A stretch of DNA of 64,000 nt from Octopus vulgaris (taxonomy: Eukaryota). Each line of letters opens with the position of its first letter. Positions within the stretch are counted from its first letter, which is position 1. Below the pieces are notes generated by a model. The model was not told the DNA's origin. It was given only the letters and a program-made list of their open reading frames with translations, and did not search any database. The position numbers and the translations under genes are program-made. Of the stretch, positions 49,578 through 64,000 are shown in pieces. The DNA lies in contig OX597835.1 in the NCBI GenBank assembly GCA_951406725.2, positions 47,368,001-47,432,000 of the forward strand, in the 5' to 3' direction.

Positions 49578-50710
49578 GTGCACTAAACATAGTATACGCA
49601 GCCATACATACATACATACATAAATACATACATACATACATACATACATACATACATACATACATACATAACATACACACATACTAAAGGTGACAACGTC
49701 GCAATAATATTTGCTTTCTTAATAAAACCGTGACCTAAGAAAACTCACCACTGATGCCGAAATAATCGCAGAAACCAATAAATAAATATAAAGGTCATTT
49801 TTGATTTCGGAGAAATAAACTGTTTTTTCTTCTTCTCATATTTATATGTATATTTATTTATTTTCCCATTTTTTTTTTATTTTTCGCCATCAATTCATTT
49901 AACATTACCATATCGTTATGCACCTTAAGCCATTTTCTTTAAAATATTTCTCTGCATTTTGGCAATACAAAATCGCAGCGAGTTCCCATCATTTATTTAT
50001 ATAACAAATGTCGATGGTTTGTTTATACCGGTTTGTGGTTGTCGTTGTTGTTGCTGCTGTTGTTGCTCTCTCTCTCTCTCCCCTCGCTCTCTCTCTCTTT
50101 CCCTCTCTCCCCCTTTCTCTTGTTGTTGCAAGAGACAAGATTTTTAGGCCGGAGGCATGTTTACACTACAATTAGATTTGACTGGTTCACCATAAGGCAA
50201 AAGGTCTTCCGGTCTTCCTAAGAGAACGAAAAAAAGAAATAAAAATGAAAATAAAAATAAAAAGAAAGCTAGAAATATGAAGTTAAAATACATATATAAA
50301 AAAGCGATAATAATAACCAGCAGAAACGTGTTTGTTCTGGTGGTGGACGGGGTAGCGGGAGGGGTTGATGCAAAAATACGTTGAGGGCAATTTTGAAAAG
50401 ACCACATCCCTGCCAACCTCACATCTATTGCGAACAAGAAAAATAAAGTAAAATAAAAAAAAAATTATAAAAGAAAAAGGAAAAAACGCAGGGAAAGTCG
50501 TACATAATTAATGACATTTTAATAAATAAATTAAACCGGGTGGAATGGGTACGTGAAGGGGATCTTGCGAATGAAGACGGTGGTGGTTGATTGCGAGGAA
50601 CACGCGCAGAATTAGAGGAACACGGCACTATGCAATGCCCTGCGGTGTGGCCGTTATTTAGTTATGTTCCTCTAAGGTTTGAGTGTGTGTGTATGTATGT
50701 ATGTGTGTGT

Positions 50711-50757
<47 letters not shown>

Positions 50758-51853
50758 TGCGTGTGCGCTTAAATCTCGTGACCAGGATTGCTCTTTTTTT
50801 CCTTATATTTTTTCTTGCCCTTCATCATTCCTTCAAGAATAATTTTGTGTTGCGTTGCCGAAACGTTGTGTAAGGCTGGGTGAGCAAATCAATTTAATTG
50901 GCTGTTTCTCACCCACACAAAACCAAAATTGGTACCCTCGTACCTTATGTCAGACACAAAAATATCCATTACAATATTCGACTTCTTGCGATGTTTGTGT
51001 GAGTTCGAGCGTTACGCTTTTTCAATAATTTTCAAACCAAACAGTATCGAAGACGTAATCGATATCGTTTGATATAATGAAACAAGTTCCAGTGTTGCGC
51101 TCGAATCCCTTTTGATTCTAATATTTCTGTTGAAGTAGTGAGCTTATGTTTCAATTAAATTTTAAAATAAGGAAGAATTTAGTCATCTTTAAGCGAGTGT
51201 AAGGCGGTGGGCTGGCAGAATCGTTAGTTCGCCGGACGAAATGCTTAGTGGCATTTCTTCCGAGTCTTTACATTCAAAGTTCAAATAATGCCAACGTCGA
51301 CTTTGCCTTCCATTCTTCTGAGGTGTACAAAATTAGTAATAGTTGAGTACTGGGGTCGATGTAATCAGCTTCTCCCTTCCCTCAAAATTGCGGGCCTTGT
51401 GCCAAAATTAGAAAGGATTATTAGGATAGAGTTTGGAATATAAATCAACGCGGAATTTTGATGGAAGGTTTTAATTTAGATCAGGTTGACCCTTTTGTTC
51501 CCATATTTCCGTTAGAATGTATTCTCTTACTGTTAATTAGTTTCAAAACTAATGAAAAACTAAATAAAATAATTATTATTCTTAAATTAGTTTCTGGAAA
51601 AATAAAACATTTTAATGGAATTATTGATTTAGATAACTTAAAACAGAGTTTGTTTCATAGAACGATGGGCAGTTTCAGTCGGGTCCCTATAAAACGGTTT
51701 AACCCTCCTTAACTATTCAAACCATAGCATATCCTCGTAAAACAAAGAAGAGGACATATCAAAAGCGTGATATTATAGGATAATATCAGTCGCCATGATA
51801 GATCGTTAGCCACTACACACATTTTTTTTCTCTCCTTGTTTCTTTCTGTGTCC

Positions 51854-51889
51854 CTTTCTGTAGAAGAGCGTAGGCTCGAAACGTAAAAG
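51854..51889 (+). ncRNA. Minimal hammerhead-like motif (family H2; element about 51790-51985)
   Basis: CTTT-CTGTAGA-A-GAGC gtag GCTC-GAAA-CG-T-A-AAAG; element homologous to the reverse complement of 24720-24930. Confidence 0.6.
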
Positions 51890-53726
51890 ACTTTTTCTAT
51901 TCCTGAGCGTTATACTAATACATCTGTTTGTTTTGTACACCACCTGTCTTCGTCTTTTGTTTTTTTGGTAACTCTCCCTATTATAGTATAACCCTATATA
52001 GTATAACCAATAGGATTAAGGCGTTCCAGCCGTGATTATCCATTTTACCTCAGGCATTATCTAAAATATGCATTTTTTTAAAGACAGAAGGCTGCGACTT
52101 TGGAGGAAGATCTGGTTCGAATTTCTAGCAGATTATGCGACTGCATAGAGGCATCCCCGTTTGCCCGATGAGTTAAATGGTCTCCTTTAGACAATGGGTT
52201 GAAACACAAAAAGAGAAATAAGAAAAATGTATAAAACGTGGACTTTGCCCGATAGTCGGCTTGGCTTAATTTTTCTAAGAATACATTAGAGCTGTGCGTT
52301 AGCAGAATCGGTGGAGCATCAAACAAAATGACTTGTACTATTTAGTTACTCGGCAGCTAATTTGTGCCAACATGACCTGCCTAAACATAATTGCTCGACC
52401 TGTTGGAAATAGCAGCTAGATAGCTCTCAAATCACACGTTACTATCTTAAAAAGAGGCCCAACATGAAGACCTAGAGAAAAAAGAAACAGCAAAAAAAAA
52501 AAAAAGCAGCGATGGGATGGTTACGGTTGGAATGTCAATACTAGATATAGAATCATATTTGCACGCTGAGAATTGACTCGGGGTTAAACAACAACAACTG
52601 GAGGGAAATTGTTGTACTTCAATATTAACACAACCACAACCAATACCACCACCACAACCACCACCGTCACCGCCAACATGACATGGACGCACCACTACTC
52701 GCTTTCATAACCTTCACAACAATCACGCACGCACACACACCACCCCCGCCACCACCACCGCTGCCGCCGCCGCCGCCGCCGCCACCACTGCACCACTGCA
52801 CCACGCCATTACAATACAAATGTGATCAGGTGTTTGACGTGGGACTCTCTTTTTACCTAATTGTCTCGGTTCGTCTTGACGAATGATCCCCGATAAGATC
52901 CATGTCATTAGTGGTGACCCCTAAAGACAGGGACCCAGGTGACGGGGTGGACAGCGTGTTTAGGAGAGCAATGAGTACGTCAGGTGGGATACAAAAGGGG
53001 TTCGTTTGATGTGATCTTTCATACAGACCTTATGGAGGGACAGAGCCCCGCTCCACCGTAGAGAAAATTAGACAAGAACATAACTGCTTTTGTAGTTGCA
53101 TGAGTGGTGGTGGTGGTGGTGGCGGTGGTGGGGGTTGAGGTAGTGGTGGTTGAGGGTGGTGGTGGGGTTGTGGTAGTGGTGGTGGTGGTTTAGTAACAAT
53201 AGAAGTGGATGTGTACGTAGAAAGACAACGTGTTGGGGGTGGGGTATATTTATCTGATTGAAGTTGCGGTTTTAGTGTTAAATGCGTATATGAATGCATG
53301 GACCCACTCGAGTGGTATGTATACACACACACACACGCGCACACACATACACACACACATACACACGTACAAAAACACACATGCACACACACACACCTAT
53401 ATATTTATATCTATCTCTTTGTCTATCTATTGACCTTTCTATTTTTAAGCCGAATTAAATTGCACATTATGCATTTCTTGGTTTCTTTTATTAGCTTTCG
53501 AAAGGCAGGGGAGGAATTTGAAGGCTATTTTGTTGCTATATCTAGCACATGGAGCGACCACATAGAGGCACATGTCAGAGCTGCTAGTTTTTCTTTATTG
53601 TTGTTGTTGTTGTTGGAATTATTGCGGCTTTTTTTTCGTCTTCGTCGTCATCTTTGTTACGTCATTACAGTAGCAGTAACAGCAGCAGCTGTAGTAGTAG
53701 TAGTAGCAGTAACAGCAGCAGCTGTG

Positions 53727-53759
<33 letters not shown>

Positions 53760-53813
53760 ATTGTAGTAGTAGTAGTAGTAGTAGTTGTAGTAGTAGTAGT
53801 AGCAGTAGTAATT

Positions 53814-53848
<35 letters not shown>

Positions 53849-54559
53849 TATTGTGGGTAATTCAGGTGTGTTGTTGTTGTTATTACAGGTGATGTTAAGG
53901 TGCGTTACAGCGTCGGGGGGAAAAAAGCTTTGGAAGTTTTGTTCCGGCTCTTTACGTTCCGAGTTCGAATCCCACCGATTTAAACTTTGTCTTTCATCGT
54001 TTCTTTTATTGGTACAAGGCCTGGAATTTTGATGAGCGAGGGGGGAAGGGTCCAGTCAATTACATTGATACCGTTGTTCAGCTGGTACTTAGCTTAGTTA
54101 CGTCGAAAGAAAAAAAAAGGCAAAGTCCACCTCGGCGGAATTTGAACTCTGAACGTAAAAAACCGGAAGAAATCCCGTTAAGCCTTTTATCCGGAGTGCT
54201 AACAATTCTGTCAGCTCACCGCCTTTTTTTTTTCTTTTTACTAATTTTAGTACAAGGCCAGTAACTTCGAGAGTATTCGGCATCGTCGATTAAGAAGCCG
54301 GAAGAAATACCTGTAAGTATTTTGTCCGGTTTGCTAATGATTCTGCCAGCTCTCTGCCTCTGCCGGGATAATAATGGTTTAAAATTTTGGCACAAGGCCA
54401 TTGATTTCGGGTTAAGGTACTTATTTTATCGAACCCGAAAGAATGAAAGGCAAATTTGACCTCGGCAGAATTTGAACTCGAAATGAAAAGAGCCGGAAGA
54501 AATACCACTAAGCACTTTGTCGGGCGTGCTAAGGATTCAGCCAGCTTGCCTCCTTTTCT

Positions 54560-54609
<50 letters not shown>

Positions 54610-55037
54610 GGGGGTAATGATAGCCACGTTGCAGTCAGAAAAGAACAAAGCAAAACCAACTCAAAAAAACAAAAGAGCCCCCCCCCCACTTTGTTGAGAG
54701 ATCAAAAGTTTCATTGCTCTCCATCAAGTGAGCCCCTTCATTTCTTACTCTCACTGCAACTACTTCACCTCCGCCACCCGTTCCAGCAGATCCACTACTA
54801 AATACCCTTTTCTCATACACTTCCTCCCGCCCCACCTCCCTTCCATTAGCCACTCTGTCTCCTTGTCCACTCTTCCCTCACCCATCCTCACCACCTCTTC
54901 CTTTCTAATCTTCCTCCTTCTTCACCCACGTACGACAACACACTTGAGTTAATTAGTAAAAGGACTTCGGAACAAACACAACAACAACAACAACAACCAA
55001 GATAATATCAACAAAATACGAATAAGACCAACAGCAT

Positions 55038-55096
55038 GATCTGTTGGACGGGCCACCGGGCCACAGATCTGTTGGACGGGCCACCGGGCCACAGAT
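55038..55096. repeat. 28-bp perfect tandem duplication
   Basis: GATCTGTTGGACGGGCCACCGGGCCACA x2. Confidence 0.9.
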
Positions 55097-55320
55097 GTGG
55101 AGAGGAAATTTATGAAGTTGAATGGATCAACTTTCATTATGTATCTGCTATTTTATTTCTGTCTACTTGTCTGTCTGTCTGTCTGATTGTCTGATTGTCT
55201 TTCTCTCTCTCCCCAATCACGCGCGCACACACACTCGCGCGCGCATATGCATATCCACATACATAAAAGAACAAACATATTCACTCATATATATGCATAT
55301 ATATGTTGTTGTTGTTGTTA

Positions 55321-55384
<64 letters not shown>

Positions 55385-56364
55385 GGCAGCTAGCTGGCAG
55401 AATCGTTAGCATGCTGGACGAAATGCTTAGTGGCATTTCGTCCGTCTTTACGTTCTGAGTTCAAATTCCACCGAGGTCAACTTTGCCTTTCATCTTTTCA
55501 GGATCGATAAAATAAGTACCAGTTGCGTACAGGCAGTGATGTTAGCCTTCAACTAACACTATCTCCTCCGAGACCCTGCGGCGTAAGTTGACCAAAATTG
55601 AGAGTATGATAGAAGAAAGCTTGCTCTTCCTTCCGTAGAAGAAAAAAAATTCAAATCGGACCATGTTAACACCAAAAATTATTTACATCAAAAAGGTGCT
55701 TTTTTTTTCTATGAAAATCCCTATTTTTTACGATATTTTGACTGCTGTGTCGCCATTTTTCGGTGTATTTCAACCAGAAAAATGTTCACTTAAAGAGAAT
55801 AACAAGCTACATAATGCAAAATTTTTACTTTCCCAAAATACTGGTCATACCGTATGGACGGATTTTCGAAATCCAATGATACCCTACACGCCTTTTTAGT
55901 TGTGAAATTTTACAAATACACTTTCTCAGGGAGATATTGTAAACCTATTATAATGGGTAATACTACGTGTACTTCTCATATTTTTCATAGTGTGATGTAA
56001 CTCTTTGGAATAACAAAGCATACGGCTGAAGAGAGCTTTAAACTATCTTTTATATCTATTATACAATGATGTAAGAACAGGTCGTTCATAAAACTTGAAA
56101 CACGTGTACCGCGACATCCTTTGTGTTATGTGTTTGATTTTATTTGATATATATATATTTGTTTGGAGACTGAGTGTAATGAATTCATCAATATCTTTTC
56201 ACCCAATTATGAATGTGTATGTATCTTTAATTTTTGATAAAATTTTTTAAATGTTTGTTTAGATAAACTCATTTCAAGAAAGTATCAAGCTGGTCGCAAG
56301 ATGAACATCTGCAGTCCGTATGTGGCCCGCGGGCCTCAGGTTGGCCAGCCATGGATTAGGGAAT

Positions 56365-56605
56365 AGAAGAAAAAACGCCTTTTGACGCCTATCAATGCCA
56401 TGGTTACAATTTTGAATGAGGTTCGTTGTTCCTTCCGCATCTTTGAGTGTGCAGGTTCACGTCCGACACTGACAAGCGAATAAAGGAATGGCCCGTTGTG
56501 TTGAAGTGAGCAACGGGTTGGCCTGGTACATAGCATTGTTTACTATGAATGTGTTTGTGAAAGCGATCGTCGTGTCCATAGCCTGTTTCTCCAGTAGATA
56601 CAGCC
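56365..56605 (-). mobile_element. Penelope-like GIY-YIG endonuclease C-terminal remnant
   Basis: TGETG...DRFHKHIHS...PVAHFNTTGHS..RLSV / RKEQR..FKI.TM...GVKRRF, resembling YIGET...RF.EH...PVA.HFN..GH. Confidence 0.7.
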
Positions 56606-56944
56606 ACTGCGAAGTTAGCAAATGAGGCAGAAGCTGGTAAACTTGCAGCAGAATGTATTGTGGTGTTGTGATTTCGAGCCAATGTTAGTCGACGTGTCAC
56701 TGACGTGGGGCAGAAGGAGGATCTACGGCGAGAGATTTTAAGATGATTTGGTTGTGCGTTTGCAATAAAATAAAAAGTAAGCAAATTTCTATAAAACGAG
56801 AAATTTCTACACTTCCATTCGTTAGGGTAATATAAAGTTGTTCCATGGAAGATATTGTCTCGAAGGAAAAAAATCGAAGATTGGAACACTCGAGCGAATC
56901 AGAAGAAAATGAAGAAATATTAAAGTCATGCTTTGGTGCACACA

Positions 56945-57048
<104 letters not shown>

Positions 57049-58560
57049 CAATGGGCCGAGAGGAAACTGTCCCTAAAAGGTCGGGCGGAGGTGGCGAACA
57101 CGTACATCGCGTCCGTCATCTACTACCGCCTGACCGTCGTACCTTGTCCCGACCCTACCATCACCAAACTACAACGCATTCTCTTTCGCTTCTTGTGGAA
57201 AGGATGCGTCCCGATGGTCAGGCGATCCATTTGCTGTCAACACCCGTTAAAAGGAGGGCTGGGCATGCCGTGGTTGATGATGCGCAGACACGCGCTGAGA
57301 CTGCGACATCTCTGGCTCTATGTAGACGACGGTGAACAGGTGTGGTCGCCGTTTGTGAGGCACGCTTTCCCGCAGCTCGTCTCCATGACCGAACTGCAGT
57401 CGTGGATCAAAAAGAGGCCGAGGAAGGGCGAATGGCACCGCGAGTGTCGCGTTGCTCTCAAGCAACTCTGCCGTCCTGGGTCGACCTTGAGTGACTTCAA
57501 CACAACCAAAGCATTCTATAGGGGATTAGTGGAGGGGAGGTACGACGACGAGCTCGGGACGAACCTGGACGTCGACGAGGAGTACCTGACCCGCCTGTTC
57601 AGGACGACTTTCGGGCCAGGGCCCATGGACAACTTCCAGAGATCCCTGGCCTGGCAGTGCTACCGAGAAGCGCTACCCGTTCGGGATAAGCTCTACAGAC
57701 ACGGCTCGAGAAACACAGGGCCGACCTGCCCGAGATGCGGTCAGAGCGACGAAACCGTTCTGCACGCACTCGTGCAGTGTCCAACAATTTCCGACCTGTG
57801 GGCTTATGTCGAACAACTGCTGTCACGTGTGGAACGAGTCGGTTTATCAGCTGAGTCTATCGTCAATATTGTCACGCCTCCTTCCTTCAAACGGGAAGGA
57901 AGAGCTATTTTCATAATCCTTGTGGCTATGGCGAAAGAATGTATCTGGTGGACGCGTCTGAAAGGATTGGAGACAAACACTTTCCTCTCTGGTCAATCTC
58001 TCATCAACTTCTTCAAGTACCACTTGAAGAGGAAAGTGAGAGTAGAGAGGCAAGTTTTGTCTAGTGAATGTTTTAAAAAAAGATGGGTGAATGTAGCAAG
58101 GATGGCACGTATGAATGACGAAGCCACCTTGAGCATAATCCTATGAACCCAGAAATTGAAAACAGAGGGTTACCCACTTGCAAACAAATGTGGTAACATA
58201 TAACAATAATGACCAAGGTTACCGTGGTCTTTTTCGTAGGCTTTTCTTCCCACGGATAAACCTTACTTGCTTTCCCCTTTACACCATATATCATAACACT
58301 GTGATACACGATACCTATTGATCGTTCTTTTTTTTCCACTTCCCCTTTTTTCTTCTCTTTTCATTTCTCTTTTCTCTTGTTCCTTTTCCTTTTCCTTATT
58401 TTTTTTTCTTTATTCTTTTTATTTTTTATTTTTTTTTGTTCTTCCCTTTTACGATCGCTCTTGATCGAAAACCTACGCCACCCCCATTTTTGTTTGTTTG
58501 TTTTCTTCTACCTTGTAACTTGTCCCATCTGTGTGCAGCCCTGTGTGGCCAATAAAGAAA
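57049..58560 (+). mobile_element. Tx1/L1-clade LINE, 5'-truncated, open ORF2 C-terminus (stop at 58146), inserted in (TCTA)n
   Basis: WAERKLSLKGR...FLWKG...KGGLG...LPVRDKLYRHG...CPRCGQSDETVLHALVQCP (zf-RVT-type CCHC); T-rich 3'UTR ending AATAAAGAAA; (TCTA)n at 56945-57048 and 58563-58647. Confidence 0.92.
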
Positions 58561-58566
58561 CTTATC

Positions 58567-58647
<81 letters not shown>

Positions 58648-58825
58648 TTGTCTGTCTGTCTGTCTATCTATATGTCTGTCTGTCTGTATGTATGTATGTA
58701 TGTCTGCTTATCTGTCAGTCTGTCTGTCTGTCTGTTTATCTGTCTATCTGTTTGTCTGTCTGTCCGCCCGTCCATCCGTCTGTCTATCTATCTGTCTATT
58801 TGCCTGTGTCTCTCTGGCTGTCTGC

Positions 58826-58933
<108 letters not shown>

Positions 58934-59238
58934 TCACCTATCTATGCCTAGATTTATAAAATACGCTTACATTCACTTATAATCACCACCGCCATCGCTG
59001 CCACCGCCAATTCAAGGCAACACCAGCTGCTACCTGAACGTATGGCAGCGTATTTGACGACGATGTGTCATTCCGACATGATATTTGTTAACACAAATTA
59101 TATTTCTCCACCTTCTTTGCCGTTCCACTCAATGCCTTCCCCAGGGATGGTCATCTGTTTGAGAAACTGATGCCTGACATTGATCATGTCTTCCGTCTTC
59201 CTAATTTAACGAAAATCACCAATTTACTTTTACTTTCA

Positions 59239-59278
<40 letters not shown>

Positions 59279-59286
59279 CACTCTCA

Positions 59287-59327
<41 letters not shown>

Positions 59328-59459
59328 ACACACACACAGGCACACACATACACACACTCTTATACGCAATGCATCTACGTGCGCACACACACACACACAT
59401 ACTGTGCCACAACCACCCATACATACACACACATATATATATGTGCATGTATGTGTATG

Positions 59460-59530
<71 letters not shown>

Positions 59531-59691
59531 CATATGTATATATGTATATATACATATATTATATATACACTTATATAAGCCTAATTATAAACATACACAC
59601 ATACATTCATACAGATGTTTATACATGCATACAAATATAAATGTTTGCATACATCCATGCATATATGTATGTATGTATATATATAAATATG

Positions 59692-59773
<82 letters not shown>

Positions 59774-60319
59774 CATACATACATACATACGTGTGTATGT
59801 GTACATACACACACACACATACCTTTATATGAAGGAAATACACTTAACAATCAAGAAAGATAGAACTCGATGCGATGTTGGAGAGAAACAAAATTAATTT
59901 GTAAAGCTTTACCTTTACGCGTTGCTACTCTGACTTTTCTGTTTTACTGACACTCAACCAGGAAATGGAATGAAACAATTCGTCTGTCTCATATATTTAT
60001 ATACAAAATAAAAATTATGAAGTTTAAGATACACTTTAACAAAAGGAAACCTTTAGATTTGTTTGGAGAATGTTACTCTATGGGTCTCCGATCTTCAACA
60101 ACGGAGGATTTTACAAGACCACAAGGAATATTTCGTGATATTGTGAGAAGAATGGTTAAACATGAGAGGCTTATAAACAGAAGAGCGTTTCTCCATAGAC
60201 ATCAGCAATTTGGAAAACGCAGTTTGCTCGAAATAATGCGAGATTTGTCAAAAAAAATGTGTTAGTGAAGGCATTAACAAGTGTGTTTTCGTACCTATCT
60301 TCATCTTTGGTCATAGATG

Positions 60320-60725
60320 TTGGGTAATGACTGAAAGACCCTGAGCGTGAATAGATGCAACCGGAAAGGGATTCTTGTGAGGGATCACTGGAGGAATGTT
60401 ACCCAACAGGGTACGTAGCTCGGAGATAAAAGGGTCTTCTCAGGTCGAGTAGCCACGTCTCCACATTGACGCGGGTGGGGATGGGGTTCACAGCTATGGT
60501 ACTATGAACGTGGGGTTGGGATGTTGCAGGAAATAATCGCAAGACAGGTTCTTGAAGCCGAGGCAACTGGCGGGAGACCAAGAATGCGATGGTTTGATAA
60601 CTTCCATAGTGTCTGTTGGCAGCGCTTGGGAATCTAATCGGAAAGTCTACTGATAGTTGCTTATGACACGACCCTATGGAAGAGGTACCTGAGGGCTCAA
60701 CCCACTAAAACCCCTTCAGGAATAG
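60320..60725 (+). mobile_element. Degenerate RTE LINE 3' fragment
   Basis: GGRPRMRWFDN...WQRLGI...VAYDTTLWKRYL motif. Confidence 0.6.
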
Positions 60726-60944
60726 TAGGTGGGGGGATGATGGGTGGATGGTGTTGTTGAGGATAATAACAATAAATGATATTGAAGGCAATATCTGTGA
60801 TGTCGAAAAATAACCACGCACAAACACACACACAGACACACAGGCACATACACAGACACACAAAGACACACACACAGGCACATACACACACACACACACA
60901 GACACACATACACACACGTAAACGCGCACGCACACAGACACACA

Positions 60945-61600
60945 TCAGCGGGTGTGTTCATATCAATAATAAAGTCTGCAAGGCTCGCAGAACGAGCCCC
61001 TGGATCTTCAGAACTTTCATGCCCAGAGAGCATGATGTCATAATTCCCATTTTCTCTTCCTTTATCCAGCCACACCTAGAATGCTGCTGCCCCACTGTGA
61101 TCGCCCTCCCCTCCCAAACAAAACATTACAAGAATTGGGTCACCTCAGAGAGCCATCAGTAAAAGAACAACAACAAAACAATAAAAGACATGACTGATCT
61201 TAATTATTGAGACAATCTTAAAACATTGAAGTATATTTCTCCCCAGTGCCGCTGTGAGCGCTCCACAATGTGGAGAACATGCCACCAGCGTTGCCCAGAC
61301 GACTTTAACATTTGATTAAGAATTCATCCAAGGCTGGGGTCATGTGCCAGACGCCCCCTACACAAATCAGGCCCACAACACAGAAATACACTGCAACACA
61401 ATTTCTTTTCCTCAACAAGCCTTTCTCTATTTAACAAAATTCCGAAACAAATGAAAGAGGAAAAAGATCCCATCACCTTCAAACTAAACAGAGACAAATT
61501 TCTTCAAGGAGCACCAGATAAGCCACTTATATCGGGATACATCTCACCTGTACCTTGGTACATCAACGACTCCTTGCTCGAATGGGCCATGATTCCACAA
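60945..61600 (+). mobile_element. CR1-group LINE 3' fragment, degenerate
   Basis: HINNKVCKARR...WIFRTF...IQPHLECCCP; LFNKIPK...FKLNRDKFL...PDKP. Confidence 0.75.
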
Positions 61601-62183
61601 AACTTGTGTTACGATCAGGCAAATTCTTAGACATAAAAGAGGTGAACTTCTGAACGCAACAACAGAATTGTAAAATCAGTGAATTAACATTTAAAGATGA
61701 AATTATGAAACAAAAAGGCAAAGTATATGATTGATATTTAGCGATCCATTTGAAAATAAGTTAATACCCAAAGAATTTCATGTCCAGTCTTCGATTGTTC
61801 AAAGTTATGTTGTAAACGGTCCGATCCGTGTGCAGCTCTCTCTCTAGTTCAGAATACAGCAATGCCGTTGCTGTATTCTGAACTCACCCCAGATCGATTT
61901 TCCTTTTTTTTTAACAGGAAGTAAACGAGATGACTTGTGTCGTCCATTGCTCACTCGTTATATATCTCTCAAAACAAACGCTTATCTCTCCTCATTCAGA
62001 AAACATTGTAAGTTCTCTTCCTTCTTTATCTTTTCTCGTTTTTTGCACGGATTATAGATGAACATAACACTTGACATAAAATGACTTAGCGGATCCTGTC
62101 ATGTGGTGCTATTAAGTTAGACATGGCCTGGGCCAATCTTTGGCCAAAACATATCTAAGACATCTAAGTTATACATACATATA

Positions 62184-62234
<51 letters not shown>

Positions 62235-62475
62235 ATAAATGAGGGTGAAAAATCGGTATTAATTTAATAATACCATCAATTTAACACCAAGTGGCTTAGC
62301 ACAAAAACTACGGAGAAAATACAAATTTATACATAAATTATTAGAGAGTTATCCACTATGTGGATAACTCTAGTGCTAAAAATAGCTCCGAAGCAACCAC
62401 AGAAGATCCGTTTCCAACTAGAATCAACACACATTTAACGGAAGGAAAGTGAAATACAACGAATAAAATAGATTG

Positions 62476-62551
62476 ACTCTATACAATTGTTTCATTACTA
62501 ATGCAATATGTAGTTTTACTTACACTTGCATCCATAAATCTTCGGTAGAGT
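62476..62551 (-). ncRNA. Hammerhead-like motif with long stem II (family H5; element about 62232-62674 between (TA)n tracts)
   Basis: Minus strand ACTCTA-CCGAAGA-[TTTATGGATGCAA...TTGCATTAGTAAT]-GAAA-CAATTG-T-A-TAGAGT; 6-bp stem I, palindromic ACAAUUGU stem III. Confidence 0.7.
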
Positions 62552-62673
62552 TTGTCAGAAATGCAATTAATTAGACCGATTCGAGCGTCAAAAACACGAG
62601 CGGTCCAACCAATTACATTTTTAGTTATGTCTCAAATTCCGCGCCAAAAGCATGCCTAGACTCTATTGGAAAC

Positions 62674-62755
<82 letters not shown>

Positions 62756-63399
62756 AAGTAATGTTCATGTACAATGTCCTTCGAAACGTAAATCTATGTC
62801 GTGCAGTGGGACTGAACTCAAAATCTTATGGTTGCAAAGCGAGCTTCTTAACCACTCGGCTATGCAATGCTCCAACACAAAAACTGGCAGTTGCCTTACT
62901 TCTCGTTCGGGTTGTCTATAGTTTACTATTATAACACCCTGCGTCACGCTACTTTTCTCACCAACCAACTAACCAGACGACAAACCGACCTACCGACCAG
63001 CCATCCGACCAACTACCCGACCAACTAGCTACCCGTAATCTACCCACTTACGGAAGATAAGTCACTATCATCAAACTATCGTTTGGCAACCATGCAAAGC
63101 GTTCTCCCACATGAATCAACTCGACAAGCGAAGTTTCTCTACGGGTGTCGACTTGGCTAACCCCTAATACTCGCCACCACTCGCTGCCACCCGTCGGTAT
63201 CCGCCTCTATTCACCACCTCCCCTCTGCCATCCAACGGTACCCGCCGCTCACAGTTACTAAATACGACCTCAAAAATCACCCGCAAGCAAAGCGCCGAAG
63301 CGTGAAATGCAATTCTATTTCTTATCGTTGTCATTTTAGCGACGGCGTTCCGTCAGAAACCCACCCCCGGGTTTAGACGGGTAGAGACTATATATATGT

Positions 63400-63431
<32 letters not shown>

Positions 63432-63840
63432 CTATTAATAATTGTGTGTATGTATGCGTGTGTGTGTGCATATATGTATGCATATCTATGTGTGCATGTT
63501 TGCGTTCATATGTAAATGTGCACACTAAACACCCAAATATACATATATACACGCGTACATACATACATAGATGCATACATACAAACATACACACATACAT
63601 ACACATGCGCGCGGGCACACACTCACACACACGCACACACACACATATACACATTCATACATTCATGCATACATGCACGTACATATGTGTATATGTATGT
63701 CCATATAGTAATAGTTTAAGAACCTTGCTTCCCAGCCACATGGTTCCAGGTTCAGTCCCAGTGCGCGGCACCTTAGGCAAGGGTCTTCTACAAAGCCTTG
63801 TAAGTGGATTTGGTAGACGGAAATTGGAAGAAACTCGTCC

Positions 63841-63892
<52 letters not shown>

Positions 63893-63910
63893 TATATACA
63901 TACATACATA

Positions 63911-63957
<47 letters not shown>

Positions 63958-64000
63958 GTATATATGTATATATTTCTGATGCTGTTTGTCCCCCCCAAAT

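Noticed and set aside
49680-50660. Possible exon or enhancer in low-repeat sequence
   Set aside because: No credible ORF or splice-consistent exon, and conservation cannot be judged from one sequence.

Overview
Repeat-dense animal genomic DNA, most likely an octopus (inferred from the SINE families and the extreme microsatellite load; not verified by search). The only host gene I can support is a 5'-partial, 10-exon + strand gene at 247-17754 (1239 nt in window, 412 aa plus stop, all GT-AG introns with consistent phases). It encodes a TRMT2B-type tRNA/rRNA m5U methyltransferase and has a ~600-nt 3'UTR containing a degenerate array of small hairpins. The remaining ~45 kb has no recognisable host exons. 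It is a mosaic of tRNA-derived SINEs, LINE fragments (RTE, CR1-group, Tx1/L1), Penelope-like element (PLE) remnants, Tc1/mariner, piggyBac-, hAT- and Helentron-like elements, fold-back palindromes and microsatellites. Almost all ORFs in the supplied track are microsatellite artefacts. Most notable observations: (1) nine minimal type-I hammerhead-ribozyme-like motifs from about six sequence families, several with non-canonical cores, mostly in short elements next to (TA)n tracts and near PLE RT/GIY-YIG debris; (2) a Tx1 LINE inserted in (TCTA)n that shares its 3' terminal ~42 nt with a SINE; (3) a second SINE/LINE pair with a shared, co-varying 3' stem-loop; (4) TSD-flanked dimeric SINEs with the same junction at two loci. 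Repeat boundaries were read by eye and may be off by some bases.
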